Shown: positions 1-11,050 of the stretch, piece after piece
How positions within the stretch are numbered: the first letter of the stretch is position 1
How the letters are laid out: every line of letters starts with the position of its first letter
NCBI RefSeq assembly: GCF_963921235.1
Contig: NC_086108.1
Span: 40,054,001-40,118,000 of the forward strand
Reading direction: 5' to 3'
Source: Mobula hypostoma
Lineage: Eukaryota
DNA length: 64,000 nt
Position numbers and translations under genes: made by a program
Notes under the pieces: generated by a model
The model's database searches: none
Seen by the model: the letters and a program-made list of their open reading frames with translations, nothing else
What the model was told of the DNA's origin: nothing

Positions 1-1110
1 CACAACTTTTGGTTTGGGTCCATTCTGTAAGGCACACGCTACTCCACACATGTCTTGATGAAGTCGATGACAACTGTGACTTATTCATTTGAACTTAAAG
101 ATGAATCCCTGAATTTTGTCCAGTCCACTGACTCAAGACAGTCCTGTAACCACACCTTCACTTCTCTTGACCATACCTTGTTGGTCCTCACCACTGGTGC
201 TGCTGTCTTTAGCCTCTGTCTATACGCTGGTAGTAGAAGTACAGCCAGGTGATTGGACTTTCTAAAGTGTAGGTGTGGGATGGCACAGTAAGCATTCTTG
301 ATAGTGGTATGACAGTGTGTTGGATCCTCTGGTTCCACTTCTTCAAGCTGGCATGGTTGAATTCTCCTGCAATGATAAGGAATGCATCAGGGTGCATGGT
401 TTTGCGCCTGCTGATAACATTGCTCAGCTCCTCCAGTGCCTGCCCAATGTTGACCTGAGTGGGAATGTACATGACTACCAGGATGATGGCAGAAGACCCC
501 CTCGGTAGATAAAATGGAAAACATTTGACCACTAGGTATTCTAGGTTGGGGAGCAGGACTGAGACAGAAATGTCACCTTTGTGCACCACAATGAGTTAGT
601 CGTAAAGCATATTCCACCTCCTTTGTCTTTAAAAGACTGAACTGTCTTGTCTTTGTAGAGACCAGTAGTGAAGTCATTGGGCTCCAACACTGCATCTGAA
701 ATTGCAGGTGTGAGCCACGTTTCCATAAAGCAGAGTATAGAGCAGACACTGATGTCCCTCTGGTACAGCAATCTTGTTCTGAGGTCTTCAGTTTTATTTT
801 CCAGACTGACCATACCCCAACAGGGCAGTCAAGACTGGAAGACTAAGGCCTCTGTGTTTGCATACCTGCAGACTGGTGTGGCGTCCCTGCTCCATTTCCT
901 TAAAGAGGAACTACACTTGCAACCCGAGTCTGCTGTCTGAGGTTCATCGATTTTGATGTCGATAGATTTTTAAAAATGTCTTTAAATGATGCTGCTTACT
1001 GAAGTACCCATGGCTGTGACAGTGGATTTCAGGTGTAATTCTAAATGGAATATTTGATGATTCTCATCGGAGCTGCACTCAAAGAGTCACCGCTTAATGG
1101 CACTATTGTT
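1..1110 (-). mobile_element. Rex1/Babar-type non-LTR retrotransposon, 5' part with degraded APE endonuclease
   Basis: Frameshifted minus-strand ORF pieces SLENKTEDLRTRLLYQRDISVCSILCFMETWL, GGGICF, LEYLVVKCFPFYLPR, IAGEFNHASL and LQDCLESVDW match the APE domain of this LINE clade. The element runs off the window start. Confidence 0.8.
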
Positions 1111-1164
1111 CATGCATAAAGATACTCTTTGATCCTTTTTGCCATTTATCTACATTAAGACTAC

Positions 1165-1360
1165 ATTTTCAGCAGCCAATTAACCTACTCTTTCATCTTC
1201 AGATGTGGGAGGAAATTGGCGACCCAGGGAAAACACAGCAGTCACAGGAAAAAACATGTGAACTTCATAAACACAGAAGCACTGAATATCAAGATTCAAA
1301 ACATGTCCTTGAAACTATGAGGCAGCCTTATTATCTGCTGCGCCATCATGCTGCCCATTA
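1165..1360 (-). mobile_element. Degraded V-SINE/HE1-like SINE
   Basis: The reverse complement has the V-SINE core (...tgtgactgctgtgttttccctgggtcgccaatttcctcccacatct...gtaggttaattggctg), as in the better copy at 20308. Confidence 0.6.
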
Positions 1361-1874
1361 CCAGTACCCATCTCCAATGATCTCCATCAATCAAGTCTTT
1401 ACCCACTGTTCATAAATTAATCTCATCGACATACTCACGTGTCAACTGCAAAGAACTTTCATAAGTAGATCAAGGGGCATGTCTGCATAAGTGCACTAGA
1501 CAGACAAGACCGGATTATCATTAACTTAACATCCATTCTGGTGTGTACTCTGTACCCCTGCAGAGCAGTCAAAGCAGCATGGTCCACATATGGAGCTCTC
1601 CTCAGCAGCAGCACAAAGGTTATTTTATATCTAAGGAACACATGTGAATGAATTGCATGTTGGAGTCAAGATGGCTTACCTTGGACACCCAGTGATTACC
1701 CTTTGGCATTGCGGTGGACCTAGTTCACAGTAGATGGCTGCAGAACAAAGGCATCCTGATTTCAGCATAGACCTTTGTGACTGCTTGCGCCCAATGGACA
1801 ACCCCTTTGGCGCTGTGACATTTACAAAGTGGCCAATGGCCCACCTCTTGTGGAAATCTACAGTCAGTGCAAAA

Positions 1875-2010
1875 CCACCTCAGTGCGTAGAACCATACAG
1901 CATGGATGGTTGGCCCTTCGAACCAAATAGACCATGCTGATAAAGATGTCAATTGACAAAGCAGGTGCAATTCTCCATATTTGGCCCATATCCCTCTAAA
2001 CTTCTCCTCT
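1875..2010 (-). mobile_element. CR1 LINE 3' tail fragment
   Basis: aaccatacagcatgga...ggcccttcgaacc...ggcccatatccctctaaac matches the reverse-complemented CR1 3' UTRs elsewhere in the window. Confidence 0.55.
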
Positions 2011-2019
2011 CCATGTGTC

Positions 2020-2310
2020 CTCCCAGTGCAAGAGATGGAGTGGACTGCCAGTGCCTTTTTCCCAGGGTGGAAGTGGCTAATACAAGAATGCGTGATTTTA
2101 AGGTGATGGGTGTACGTACAGAGGGATATCAGAGGAAGGTTTTCTTTCCATAGAGAGAGATGGGTGCACAGAGCTTGCTGCCAGGTTTGGCGGCAGAAGC
2201 ATTTAAAAGGTCCTTACTGTTGAAAAATACATGGATGCAAGAAAAATGAAGGTCCGTGTGAGATGGAAGGGTTAGATTAATCGTGGTGTAAGTTAATATG
2301 TTGGTACAAC
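2020..2310 (+). mobile_element. CR1 LINE 3' end, interrupted by the provirus and resuming at 7300-7345
   Basis: Encodes VDCQCLFPRVEVANTR...FKV, the CR1 ORF2 C-terminus. The tail ggtacaac|gttgtgggctgaagggcctgtact reassembles across the ERV. Confidence 0.8.
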
Positions 2311-2705
2311 TATAGTTGTGAAGGGTTAACATAGGGGTAGCCGCTGCAACCATGCTAGTTATCAATTGGTACATTTGAAGAACACTGCAGCCCTTCCATT
2401 GGCTGTTTATGGTGACACAGTACCGGCCCCTGGCAACAAAGTCACACTAGTATCTAAATGGAGCACGCATGGGGCTCGTCTCTCTCTTGCATCAGGGCCT
2501 CACTAACAGACAAGGGTCACAAATCGGTACTGCAGAAAGATTGGAAGTGCGTTGCAGATAGAGTGCCTGTGTGCACACTTGGATAAGTATCACTGTAACT
2601 TGAATGTTTTAGTGTGTGTCTTTATTTGGTTAATAAATAGTTAAAATACTGACCCATTGTTGATACCTTCTGTCCCGTTAACCAAATCCATGAATCCGTG
2701 CAACA
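2311..2705 (+). repeat. 5' LTR
   Basis: Starts tatagttgtgaagggttaac (TG mutated), ends gcaaca, has AATAAA near 2632 and aligns with 6905-7299. Confidence 0.88.
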
Positions 2706-2771
2706 GATTTGTAATGGAACAGAAGATTAAAGGTTTAAAAGTAGAGGTGAAAAAGAGAGCCCCGCTCCCAT

Positions 2772-4000
2772 GTGAAGAGTGCTCGGTCCCTGGGTGGACT
2801 GATAACAGTGCAGGATTCGAAGCCTCCTCAACCTACTGGTGAGCCACAGCACTCCAATGGACTGTTCAGACAAGCTGGAGCCCTGCAGAGTGAAAATGGG
2901 ACACTTGTGTCGATATGGAACAGGGTAGTGTTCTCAGATAGGAAAAGAAGTCAAAGGGAATCTTTCTGGCTGGTGATCATTGTAAAGCAACGGTGTGAGA
3001 CAATTTTATGGACAGAGCAGGAAATAGAAATCCTTAGAAATGAGGTGGAAGCATTGAATCAGCACCGTATCATCGTAGGGGAGGGTGTCCGTTCATCACA
3101 GGCCCGGGTTAAAGAACTGGAGGACATGGATACTGAGATAACCAGTCAGCTGGTAAAAGAGTGGCAGTTAGAGGCTGCCCGAAGTGCTAATGGGCAACCG
3201 GATGCTGTTAAGGTCCGAGCCTTGATGCTGCAGGGAGATGATCCTGACACGTGGATGTGGGATGGGAAGATCTGGCTCGATAGTGAGGATGGGGAAGAGA
3301 GAATAGAGGAGAGTCCTGTAAGAGGAAGTGGGATGGACAGTATAATGGGCTCCTGATTAAGGAACTGACAGAATTGAGGGATAGATATGGAGAAAAACTG
3401 GGGGGAGTATCTGGCCATGTGGCTATTGAGGATATGGGGTAGGGAGTATGCAGGGATGATTATTATAGTTAACCCTTCCTTCCTAAATGAGATTTAAAGT
3501 CCCAGGAGGAGAGGAGTGTGGTACAGGAAGGAACTAAAAGTTCGCCAGTGAGCTTTGATCACAGGGATATACGACAGAGATAACCCGCTGGAGGATCCTC
3601 ACTTATTGGGTCCTTCAAGACTGTAATGGAGCTGGAGGAATCGGGGGATAGATATTGACAAAAGACAGAGAACTGTGGCCATGGTGAGGAACCTGATTAA
3701 AACAGCAGCTCCCCATTTGAAAGGGTGGTGCTGCCCTCAATGGGACCAGTGATAGGAGATACTGTAAATGTAGCCGTCTGATCGCCGGAAGGATTAGAAG
3801 TTGTGGGAAAAGATGCCCATAGCAAAGTAAGTAGGCTGAACAAGCAGATGGGGGCGGTGGGGCAGTGGGGATTCCTGCTCGACCCATAAGGAAATGATTT
3901 TTAGTGCTGCCTAGGGCAGGGATCAAGCAGGGATCAGGTTGATTCCATTGCCACTCTCACCCTCTATGCGATGTGAAAGGAATATTGCCGGGGAGAGAAG
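2772..4000 (+). pseudogene. gag: ERV-L-type gag, frameshifted and with stops
   Basis: A coiled-coil segment precedes VKVRALMLQGDDPDTWMWDGKIWLDSE, resembling the ERV-L motif KVRALIGKEWDPxTWxGDVW. Next, across a frameshift, KELTELRDRYGEKLGEYLAMWLLRIW. A C-terminal RAGIK..DQVDSIATLTLYAM block lies near 3910-3975. Confidence 0.78.
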
Positions 4001-4269
4001 GGCAAAGAAACTGTTAAGGGAAGGGGATCATTCCCATAGGGGTCCCTTCTATCCCTCGCAGGTTCCTTATATCCTGCTCAGGGCTTTGTATATCCCTCAT
4101 TGGAGGATTTCCAAAAGGCTGTCGTTGACGTTCAGTGGCGGCATGGGTCAGGCGGTTGGTGGAGCCTGTCTGCCCCACTCCTGTAGGAATGGGGTCAGGG
4201 CTCTCAGCGGGTAGGCGCAGTGGCCTTTTCTCAGCTGGGAAGCCCATGGCCTTACATACCCAATGCAGT

Positions 4270-4405
4270 ACATCGGGGAAGGGTCGGGTGCAGCAACCAC
4301 ATGGGCCACCAGAGAGGGGGAGATAGTGGCAAATGGACCAGGGAATACGTGATGGTAGCGTTACTGGGGAAACAGGGAATGACACGTTTAAACATGCAGT
4401 GATTA
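4270..4405 (+). pseudogene. pol: Remnant of the pol (integrase) C-terminal tail
   Basis: VQQPHGPPERG(fs)EIVANGPGNT*W resembles the ERV-L pol end (VWV.PP...P...EV.A.G.GNT.WV). No protease, RT or RNase H motifs were seen upstream. Confidence 0.55.
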
Positions 4406-4429
4406 GCTAGATGGGAGTGAGAGTGTGTC

Positions 4430-6830
4430 TCCCTACATTGCAGAGTGACGACCTAATGGCAGCAGTGATGACGATGACCTGCTGCGTGAGCTCCTACATG
4501 TACTTGCAGGTGGCGTGCAAATATGCACATCGTACTACTGTTCCAGATTGCTGGATATGAATGACAACTCCATCTCATGCAGCGGAAGAGGTACCAATAA
4601 AACAATCACCTCCGTTGAAAAGGAAAACATGATTTGGAGGAACCTGCCTAGCTTCAGCTTTGGTATTCTGTTTCTAGGGAAGTGGGGAGGACTAGTCCAT
4701 TCCAATTAGACTCACCTCATAGTATGGCAACAGCCCTAAAGAACTTGAACCTTTGTAGCTCCCAGTGGAGTAAGTGATTTAAAGGCTGATATTTCCCAGC
4801 TTGTGATCTATCCAGTCCAAAGTTTCCAACTCTAAGAGTGATTCCCCAGCCAACAAGGAAGGGAAAGGAAGGTTGGTGTTGGCGCTATGATGAGCACAGG
4901 TCCAACCAGTCAGCAGGGTATGATGGGTATGAGCAAGAATGGTATCCTGGGACAACTGTGTCTATGCTGAATGGTGCTGTGAAGTTAGGCACTCCCTGGA
5001 CACTGGATGATACCTATTGTATATGCGGCTCCTAGGCTTACAGGTCTTATGGCTACCATTATCCAAGAAGTGAAGTGCTGAACGTGCATTGTTTTAGAGG
5101 CCTGGGCGAGCACCCTGTCCATGATGGTCGGCGTGGTAAGAGGCATATCACAGAGGTGGAAGGAGTTTGGATGCTAGTCTTTCCCCTCTGTGGTACGGCC
5201 AGGCTGTCCCAGGAAGCGATACATGGAAATGCTGGTCAATGAGATGACAATGGGGTTCAAGCAGGTGGAGGATGCGCTAACCCGGGTGTTGGCTGACATG
5301 GTAGCTTTTCAGGTGATCATGTTGCAGAATCGAAGGGGCTTAGATTATCTGCCTGCAGAAGGGACTGCCAGCTGTGTTGTTATTGGCTGAGAATGTTGCA
5401 CCTATATTGCTGACAAGTCAGGAAGCATTGCAAAAATGCCATCTCCTTCTCTCAATTCCTCCGTCTCCACTGCAACTGGTCTCAGGATGAGGCTTTCCAT
5501 TCCAGAACTAAGGAGGTGTCCTCTTTCTTCAAAGAAAAAGACTTTCCTTCCTGCACCATTAACGCTGCCCTCACCCGTATCTTTTCCATTTTGCGCCCGT
5601 CTGCCCTCACCCCATCCACCCACCACCCCACAAAGGATAGGGTTCTTCTTGTTCTCACCTACCAGCCTCCGCATCCAGCAAATAATTCTCCGTAACTTCT
5701 GCCACCTCCAACAGGATCCCACCACTAAGCACATCTTCCCCCTCTCCCCTCCCCGCAAATTTCACTCCTTAGGTGTCTCCCATTGTCCATTCGTCCCTCT
5801 CCACTGATCTCTCTCCTGGCACTTATCCTTGCAAGTAACAAATGCTGCACCTGCCCCTACATCTCCTGCCTCACTATCATTCAGGGCCCCAAACAGTCAG
5901 TCCAGGTGAGGCGACGCTTCACCTGTGAGTCTGTTGGGGTCATCCAGTGCTCCTGGCATGGTCTCCTGTATATTGGTGAGACCCGACGTAGATTGGAAAA
6001 CTGCTTTGTCGAACACGTACGCTCCATCTGCTAGAGAAAGCCGGATCTCCCGGTGACTACCTATTTCATTTCTGCTTCCCATTCTCATACCAACATGTCA
6101 GTCCATAGCCTCCTCTATTGCCGCGATGAGGCCACACTTAGTTTGGAGAGGCAACACCTTACCTTGCGTCTGGATAACCTCCAAACTGATGACATAAACA
6201 TCAATTTCTTGAACTTCTGGGAATTGTCCCCTCCTTCACCATTCCCCATTACTATTTCCCTCTCTCACCTTATCTCCTTACCTGCCTATCATCTCTCACT
6301 GGTGCTCCTCCCCTTTCGCTTTCTTCCATGGCCTTCAGTTGTCTCCTATCAGATTCCACCTTCGCCAGCCCTGTATCCCGTTCACCAAACGACTTCCCAG
6401 CTCTTTACTTCACCCCTCCCCCTCACCTATCACCTACTACCATGTACTTCCTGCTCCCTCCTCCACCTTCTTACTCTGACTTCTTATCTTTTTCCAGTCC
6501 TGATGAAGGGTCTTGGCCCAAAATGTCCTTTCCATAGGTGCTGCCTGGCCTGCTCAATTCCTCCAGAATTTTGTGTGTGTTACTTTGATTTCCAGATTCT
6601 ACAGATTATCTCTTGTTCGGGGAACATTTCTCACCAAGCTGACCATATCAATGGTTGGTGAATAAGATTAGGAAAATTGTGGACCAGTTCTGCTGCTTCT
6701 ATACCCTAGGGGGAAGCTGGTGGCCGTTTAGGGCACTGGGTGTTTGGTGGACTACTGTGATACACTGGATAGTGACTGTCAGCCTAATAGTGCTGGGTAT
6801 CGTTTGTATTTTTACGTCTTGTATGTAACA
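4430..6830 (+). pseudogene. env: Gamma-type env, split by a Penelope-like insertion at 5430-6616
   Basis: SU end TYCICGS*AY. Furin site RRGKR at 5129-5143. Immunosuppressive domain LQNRRGLDYL and CX6CC (CVVIG*ECC, 5373-5399). After the insertion come GNISHQADHI and the hydrophobic anchor WWTTVIHWIVTVSLIVLGIVCIF. The start is approximate. Confidence 0.88.
5430..6616 (+). mobile_element. Penelope-like element, 5'-truncated (GIY-YIG endonuclease, pyrimidine-rich 3' region, decayed hammerhead)
   Basis: FTCESVGVIQC..LLYIGETRRRLENCFVEH GIY-YIG motif. cagtcctgatgaagggtcttggcccaaaatgtc at 6495. Imperfect TSD tcaggaagcatt/tcggggaacatt. Confidence 0.85.
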
Positions 6831-6904
6831 TAGTGGAGCATCCACAGTGATCATACTAGCCTGCAGGCCGGGTGTCACAGTACTGTGTCTTTCGAGGGGT
6901 GGAT

Positions 6905-7299
6905 TGTGGTGTGAAGGGTTAACCCCATCTGTCAGTTGAAAGCCACTGCCACCGTGTTAGTTATCGACTGGTCTGTTTGAGGAGCACTTGCCACCCTTCC
7001 ATTGGCTGCTTCTAGCACTACGGTGTCAGCGTCTAGCATTAAAGTATCACCAGCATATACATATAACCCATGTGAGCTCCTCTTTCTCTTGATTCGGGGT
7101 CTCACTGACAGACTGGGGTCATGACCAGTGCCACACAAAGATGGAAATCTGCTGCAGATAGAGGGCCCGTGCGCACATTTAGATAAGATTCTGTGTAACT
7201 TGAATGTTATAGTGCGTGTTTTGTTTTGCTGATACATAGTTAAAATACTTACCCATAGTCAGTGTCTACTGTCCCAATTACCGAACCCGTGACGCAACA
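6905..7299 (+). repeat. 3' LTR
   Basis: TG...CA ends (tgtggtgtgaagggttaac...gcaaca). Shares the blocks cccttccattggctg, tgtaacttgaatgtt and atagttaaaatact with the 5' LTR. Confidence 0.9.
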
Positions 7300-8692
7300 A
7301 CAACGTTGTGGGCTGAAGGGCCTGTACTATTCCGTGTTCTGTGTTGGTGGCTTTGAAATATTGTCAATTTACATGCCTCTACCACTTCCGTTAGCAGCTC
7401 ATTCCATATTCAAATTTTGCACATTCAAAAAAAGGGAACGAAAGGAGATCATCTCCATCTGAATAGAAAACGTCAGAGGATGCAGCACAGGATGGAAAAC
7501 CATGAGATGTTGCGAACCCAGCTCCCGTCTTAGCACCACGCTTTAAAGCTAATGCCCACTGCTATTTGACAGTGTTGACAGACTTTAGTGATTGTCCATC
7601 CAGAGACACAGATGTCTCACTGTTTGCCTCTGAGGCACCCTGAATACTCTGCATTGTTACCGTTTCCTGCTTCTCCCCAATTCTGTCCTTTCTTTGCAAC
7701 TAGTGTGGTCACTTTATGCGCTGTCGGTAAATTTCAGTGGGAATGCCTGCTAATGGACCCCTCCCTTGGAGCAAATGCTTTTTGTGGAAGCCTTGAAACC
7801 GGGACAAGGTCCTTCAGCAGCTGTCAAGCTAATCCCCGGAGACTGGCAATCTAGTAAACTTCAAACACCAGTAGAATTGTAGCAACAGCCAGTAGAGATC
7901 AGTCAGCAACATGTCTGAAAGTAGTTGTGGATCAATTTCAGGAACACCGATGTGTGGTCCTTCCTGTTAACTGAACAAGTGTTCAAACAGGAGCGATTAA
8001 CAGAAAGGATTAGCTGCCATCCCTCATTCCAAAATGGCAATGTCGAACTCATTGTGTGCTTTGACTGACTGTGATCTGTCTATTCTGCATGTGCCCTTGT
8101 GCAAGAATTGATGTGAGGCCAGTGCAGCAAGTGCCAAAAATGTGTGTGTATGGGCACAACCGTGTTCAACTGGACTAGCAAGCACCTGAATTTTGCAGCT
8201 TGATTCTGTGGAAGTGCCAGCTGACAGCAATGCTCTTCTCTGGAACAGACACTTGTGCCTGGCTGTAATTGGCGGTGATGAGTGCCAAGCACCATCTTAT
8301 TAAGCAGTGCTTGTCAACCTGTGGTTAATGTGTGGGTTTAAAAGTCAATGGTTGGGATATGGGCACCCAGTGCAATCAGGCTGGCTCGCTGGTCAAAGGG
8401 ACAGTCTCTGGTCTGGAGTGCGAGGGGTTCCAGCTTCAGACCGGCACTTGCCTCACGATGTCTCATCCACATGCAAAATCCCTAACACCACCAGGACAAA
8501 CTGAGTTATTTTAGAGAAGCACACCGGGTCATGGGCACTATTCATATTTAGAGTGGGATGAACACCAAGCCAAAGGCTCCTGCACTCTGATTCTGGCTTG
8601 GTTGAGGCTGGGTTCATTTCAAAATAGTGACTGTGGGCATGTTTAATGGAGTCTGATTGCCAGATGGCATCTTGGTGAGGGCTCTCATGCAT

Positions 8693-8915
8693 TAACACAC
8701 ACAAAATGCTGAAGGAACTCAGCAGGTCAGGCAGCAAATATAGATGGAAATAAACAGTCAACGTTTTGGACGGAGACCCTTCATCAGGCCTCTCCATTGA
8801 GTCTCGGCCAAAAAACGTCAACTGTTCATTTCCCTTCATAGGAGGCTGCCTGATCTGCTGAGTTTCTCCAGCATTTCATGCGTGTTGCTCAAGATTTCTA
8901 TCATCTCCTGAATCT
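8693..8915. mobile_element. Inverted pair of Penelope-like 3' termini (foldback)
   Basis: acacaaaatgctgaaggaactcagcaggtcaggcagc...cccttcatcagg is followed by its reverse complement ...gctgcctgatctgctgagtttctccagcattt. Confidence 0.75.
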
Positions 8916-9354
8916 AGTGTATTAGCCAGAGAAACTAGATGCACTGTGCATATGTAGATCCTGCATCTAAGCTGACAGTTATGCGCAGTGTCAGTGTCGG
9001 TACTGATGGTCTGGACTGTGAAACTCAAGGAGGCTGTGTCTTCCGCTGTTTCCACTCTTGCAGGCTGAAGTTGGAATTCCCGGCCATTTGAAGAGAGTTT
9101 GCTGGAAGGGGCAGGATATGGCGAGGAAGGCAGGGGGGTGAATTCCTCTACTGCTTGTGGATTATGAATCAGGAGACAGAGTGTGGAAGAGGAGATGGTG
9201 GGCTGTGAGAAGGAGCACCGAGTGGACCTACCATCTTTCTCCATTGTTTTTGCCTGCTGTTAAAAAGGTCAAAAAATAAATCAGAAGTTAAATTTATTGT
9301 CATGTGCACAAGTGAAATGAAAAACTTACATAGTATCATATAAGCAACATTCAC

Positions 9355-9392
9355 CAGTCCTGACGAAGGGTCTCGGCCTGAAACGTCGACTG
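9355..9392 (+). ncRNA. Minimal type I hammerhead ribozyme
   Basis: CAGUC-CUGACGA-AGG(gucucgg)CCU-GAA-ACGU-C^GACUG: 5-bp stem I, intact core, stem II, palindromic ACGU stem III, predicted cleavage after 9387. Confidence 0.85.
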
Positions 9393-9454
9393 CACCTCTT
9401 CCTAGAGATGCTGCCTGGCCTGCTGAGTTCACCAGCAACTTTGATGTGTGTTGC
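9355..9454 (+). mobile_element. 100-bp Penelope-derived mini insertion starting at the hammerhead
   Basis: Near-identical to 18330-18430. TTCAC is duplicated at 9350-9354 and 9455-9459. Confidence 0.85.
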
Positions 9455-9579
9455 TTCACTAGAAAAACATAAGTTAAACATAAATCATACACCATTTTAA
9501 TACAAAGAACACAAACAGAATTTAAAAAATTGAAGTCTATTTTAGTGCAAATTAATCCAAATGAATGGTCAACACTTTG

Positions 9580-9708
9580 GGCTGGTGAAGGGACTCAGCT
9601 CGAAATGTCAACTGTTCATTTCCCTCCGTGGATGCTGCTTGACCTGCTGAGCTCCAACATTTTGTGTGTGTTGCTTCTCCAGCAGTAGTAGGCTTTCTTG
9701 TGTCTCCA
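9580..9708 (+). mobile_element. Older Penelope-like 3' terminus with decayed hammerhead
   Basis: ctggtgaagggactcagctcgaaatgtcaactg...gatgctgcttgacctgctgagc. Confidence 0.7.
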
Positions 9709-10859
9709 ATTTGCAGCAGCACACCTATGGTGGGCCTGCATGGCTATGGCTCTGTGGAGGAGTTAGTCTGAGGCCATCCTGGTACTCTGTAGATGGGCAA
9801 TATCCTTTCACCTGTTCCACTAGTTACCCTGAGTGAAGACCCATGAGTTCCAGGTCCCCCTCCCTCCTGTGCAGTGCCAGAGGCCCGATAGGAAATCTCA
9901 AACACCTCCTCCTCCAGATGCTTCAGATTCAATGCACCCCCTCCTTAAGACAACAGGGTCACCATTTTTAACACAGCTGTATGAAAGTTTCAGCTTTAAA
10001 TAGTCAATACAAAAAGAGTAGAATTTGATGACCTCGCCATTGGTACTGCAAGGTGAGCAATAGGAAATGAGTGCTAACCCACTGCTCATCATTACCATGG
10101 TCTTTGGTCCACAGTCCTCATGGTAGGCAAGAGATCCCTGAGTTCTGAGCTGGGTGTCAGGACCAGCGTGGTCCTCACTTGAGGGTGGGACAATGACTAC
10201 GCATGGCTCCTGCAGTCTTTGAGCTATTGGAACATTTTTCTCAGTGTACAAAAGTATCTAAAACTAAATTGCGCTGCAATGTATTGTCTTGTGAGGATTT
10301 TATTTAATAAGCTACCCCACAGACTCCTCTTACAGTAGAAACTGGTTGAAAAGCAACTGCTAAAATTGTTATAAATTTCTGCTGGGAATGTCAGTTTCCC
10401 TGTAAGCACTGACACTAGTTGGACGTTTATTTTACATAGGAGAGTGTTTGATAGAGTAAGCCACATGACTTATGACATAATCACTAATTATACTTGGCAT
10501 GATGTCAGGGTATTGGGGGCTCTTATTGGCTGGCAATTGCATTTAGAAATGGCCTTTCCACTCAGCCTTCTGACTCTAACCAAGAATTTATCAACAGTGT
10601 TTAAACAGTCAACATTTTACTAACTCTGACGCCGACTGATGCTTTCATTCCTGCAATGTACTTCTCCTGCATTAGTCGGCCTCGGCTATTGTGAACAGTT
10701 CTGAGCACTTCACCTTAAATGATACCAATGACTCAAGTGTTAAGCAATATTTTATGAACTAGATTTGGAACTTATGTGGTTAAGGTAGAGCAAAGGTGAA
10801 ACGATATCTTACACTTGAGTGTTCCTCTTATCTGCTAAAAGACAAACTCTTGAACACTG

Positions 10860-11050
10860 ATCTCAGTTTACTTCGTTATAGCCTTTGCACTTTATTTGTC
10901 TCCTGCGCTCTGCTTTCTCCATAATTGCAACACTGTATTCTTCATTCTGTTCCTCTTTTTGATGTATGCACGATCTATCTGAATGGATGACACACAAACA
11001 CCTTTCACTGTATCTTGGTACATGTGACAATAATAAAGCAATTATCCATT
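10860..11050 (+). mobile_element. Rex1-type LINE 3' tail
   Basis: tttcactgtatcttggtacatgtgacaataataaa is the reverse complement of the tails at 11665 and 13290. Confidence 0.6.

Larger units (their letters stand above)
2311..7299 (+). mobile_element. Endogenous retrovirus, LTR-gag-(pol deleted)-env-LTR, ERV-L-like (class III) gag
   Basis: Two homologous 395-bp LTRs. ACAAC TSD at 2306-2310 and 7300-7304. PPT gaggggtgga lies just before the 3' LTR. gag, integrase-tail and env motifs lie inside. Confidence 0.9.
9275..9560 (-). mobile_element. LINE 3' tail (Rex1-like), hosting the mini insertion at 9355
   Basis: tcagaagttaaatttattgtcatgtgcaca is the same style of tail as other Rex1-type ends in the window. 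Confidence 0.45.

Noticed and set aside
2706..2725. Primer-binding site of the provirus
   Set aside because: The sequence after the 5' LTR (gatttgtaatggaacag) is too degraded to assign a tRNA.
4430..6830. env as a domesticated syncytin-like gene
   Set aside because: It has stops, frameshifts and a 1.2-kb insertion inside the TM subunit.
8876..10251. Minus-strand ORFs with splice-like sites near 9257, 9945 and 10223
   Set aside because: I could not join them into a consistent open frame and recognised no domain.
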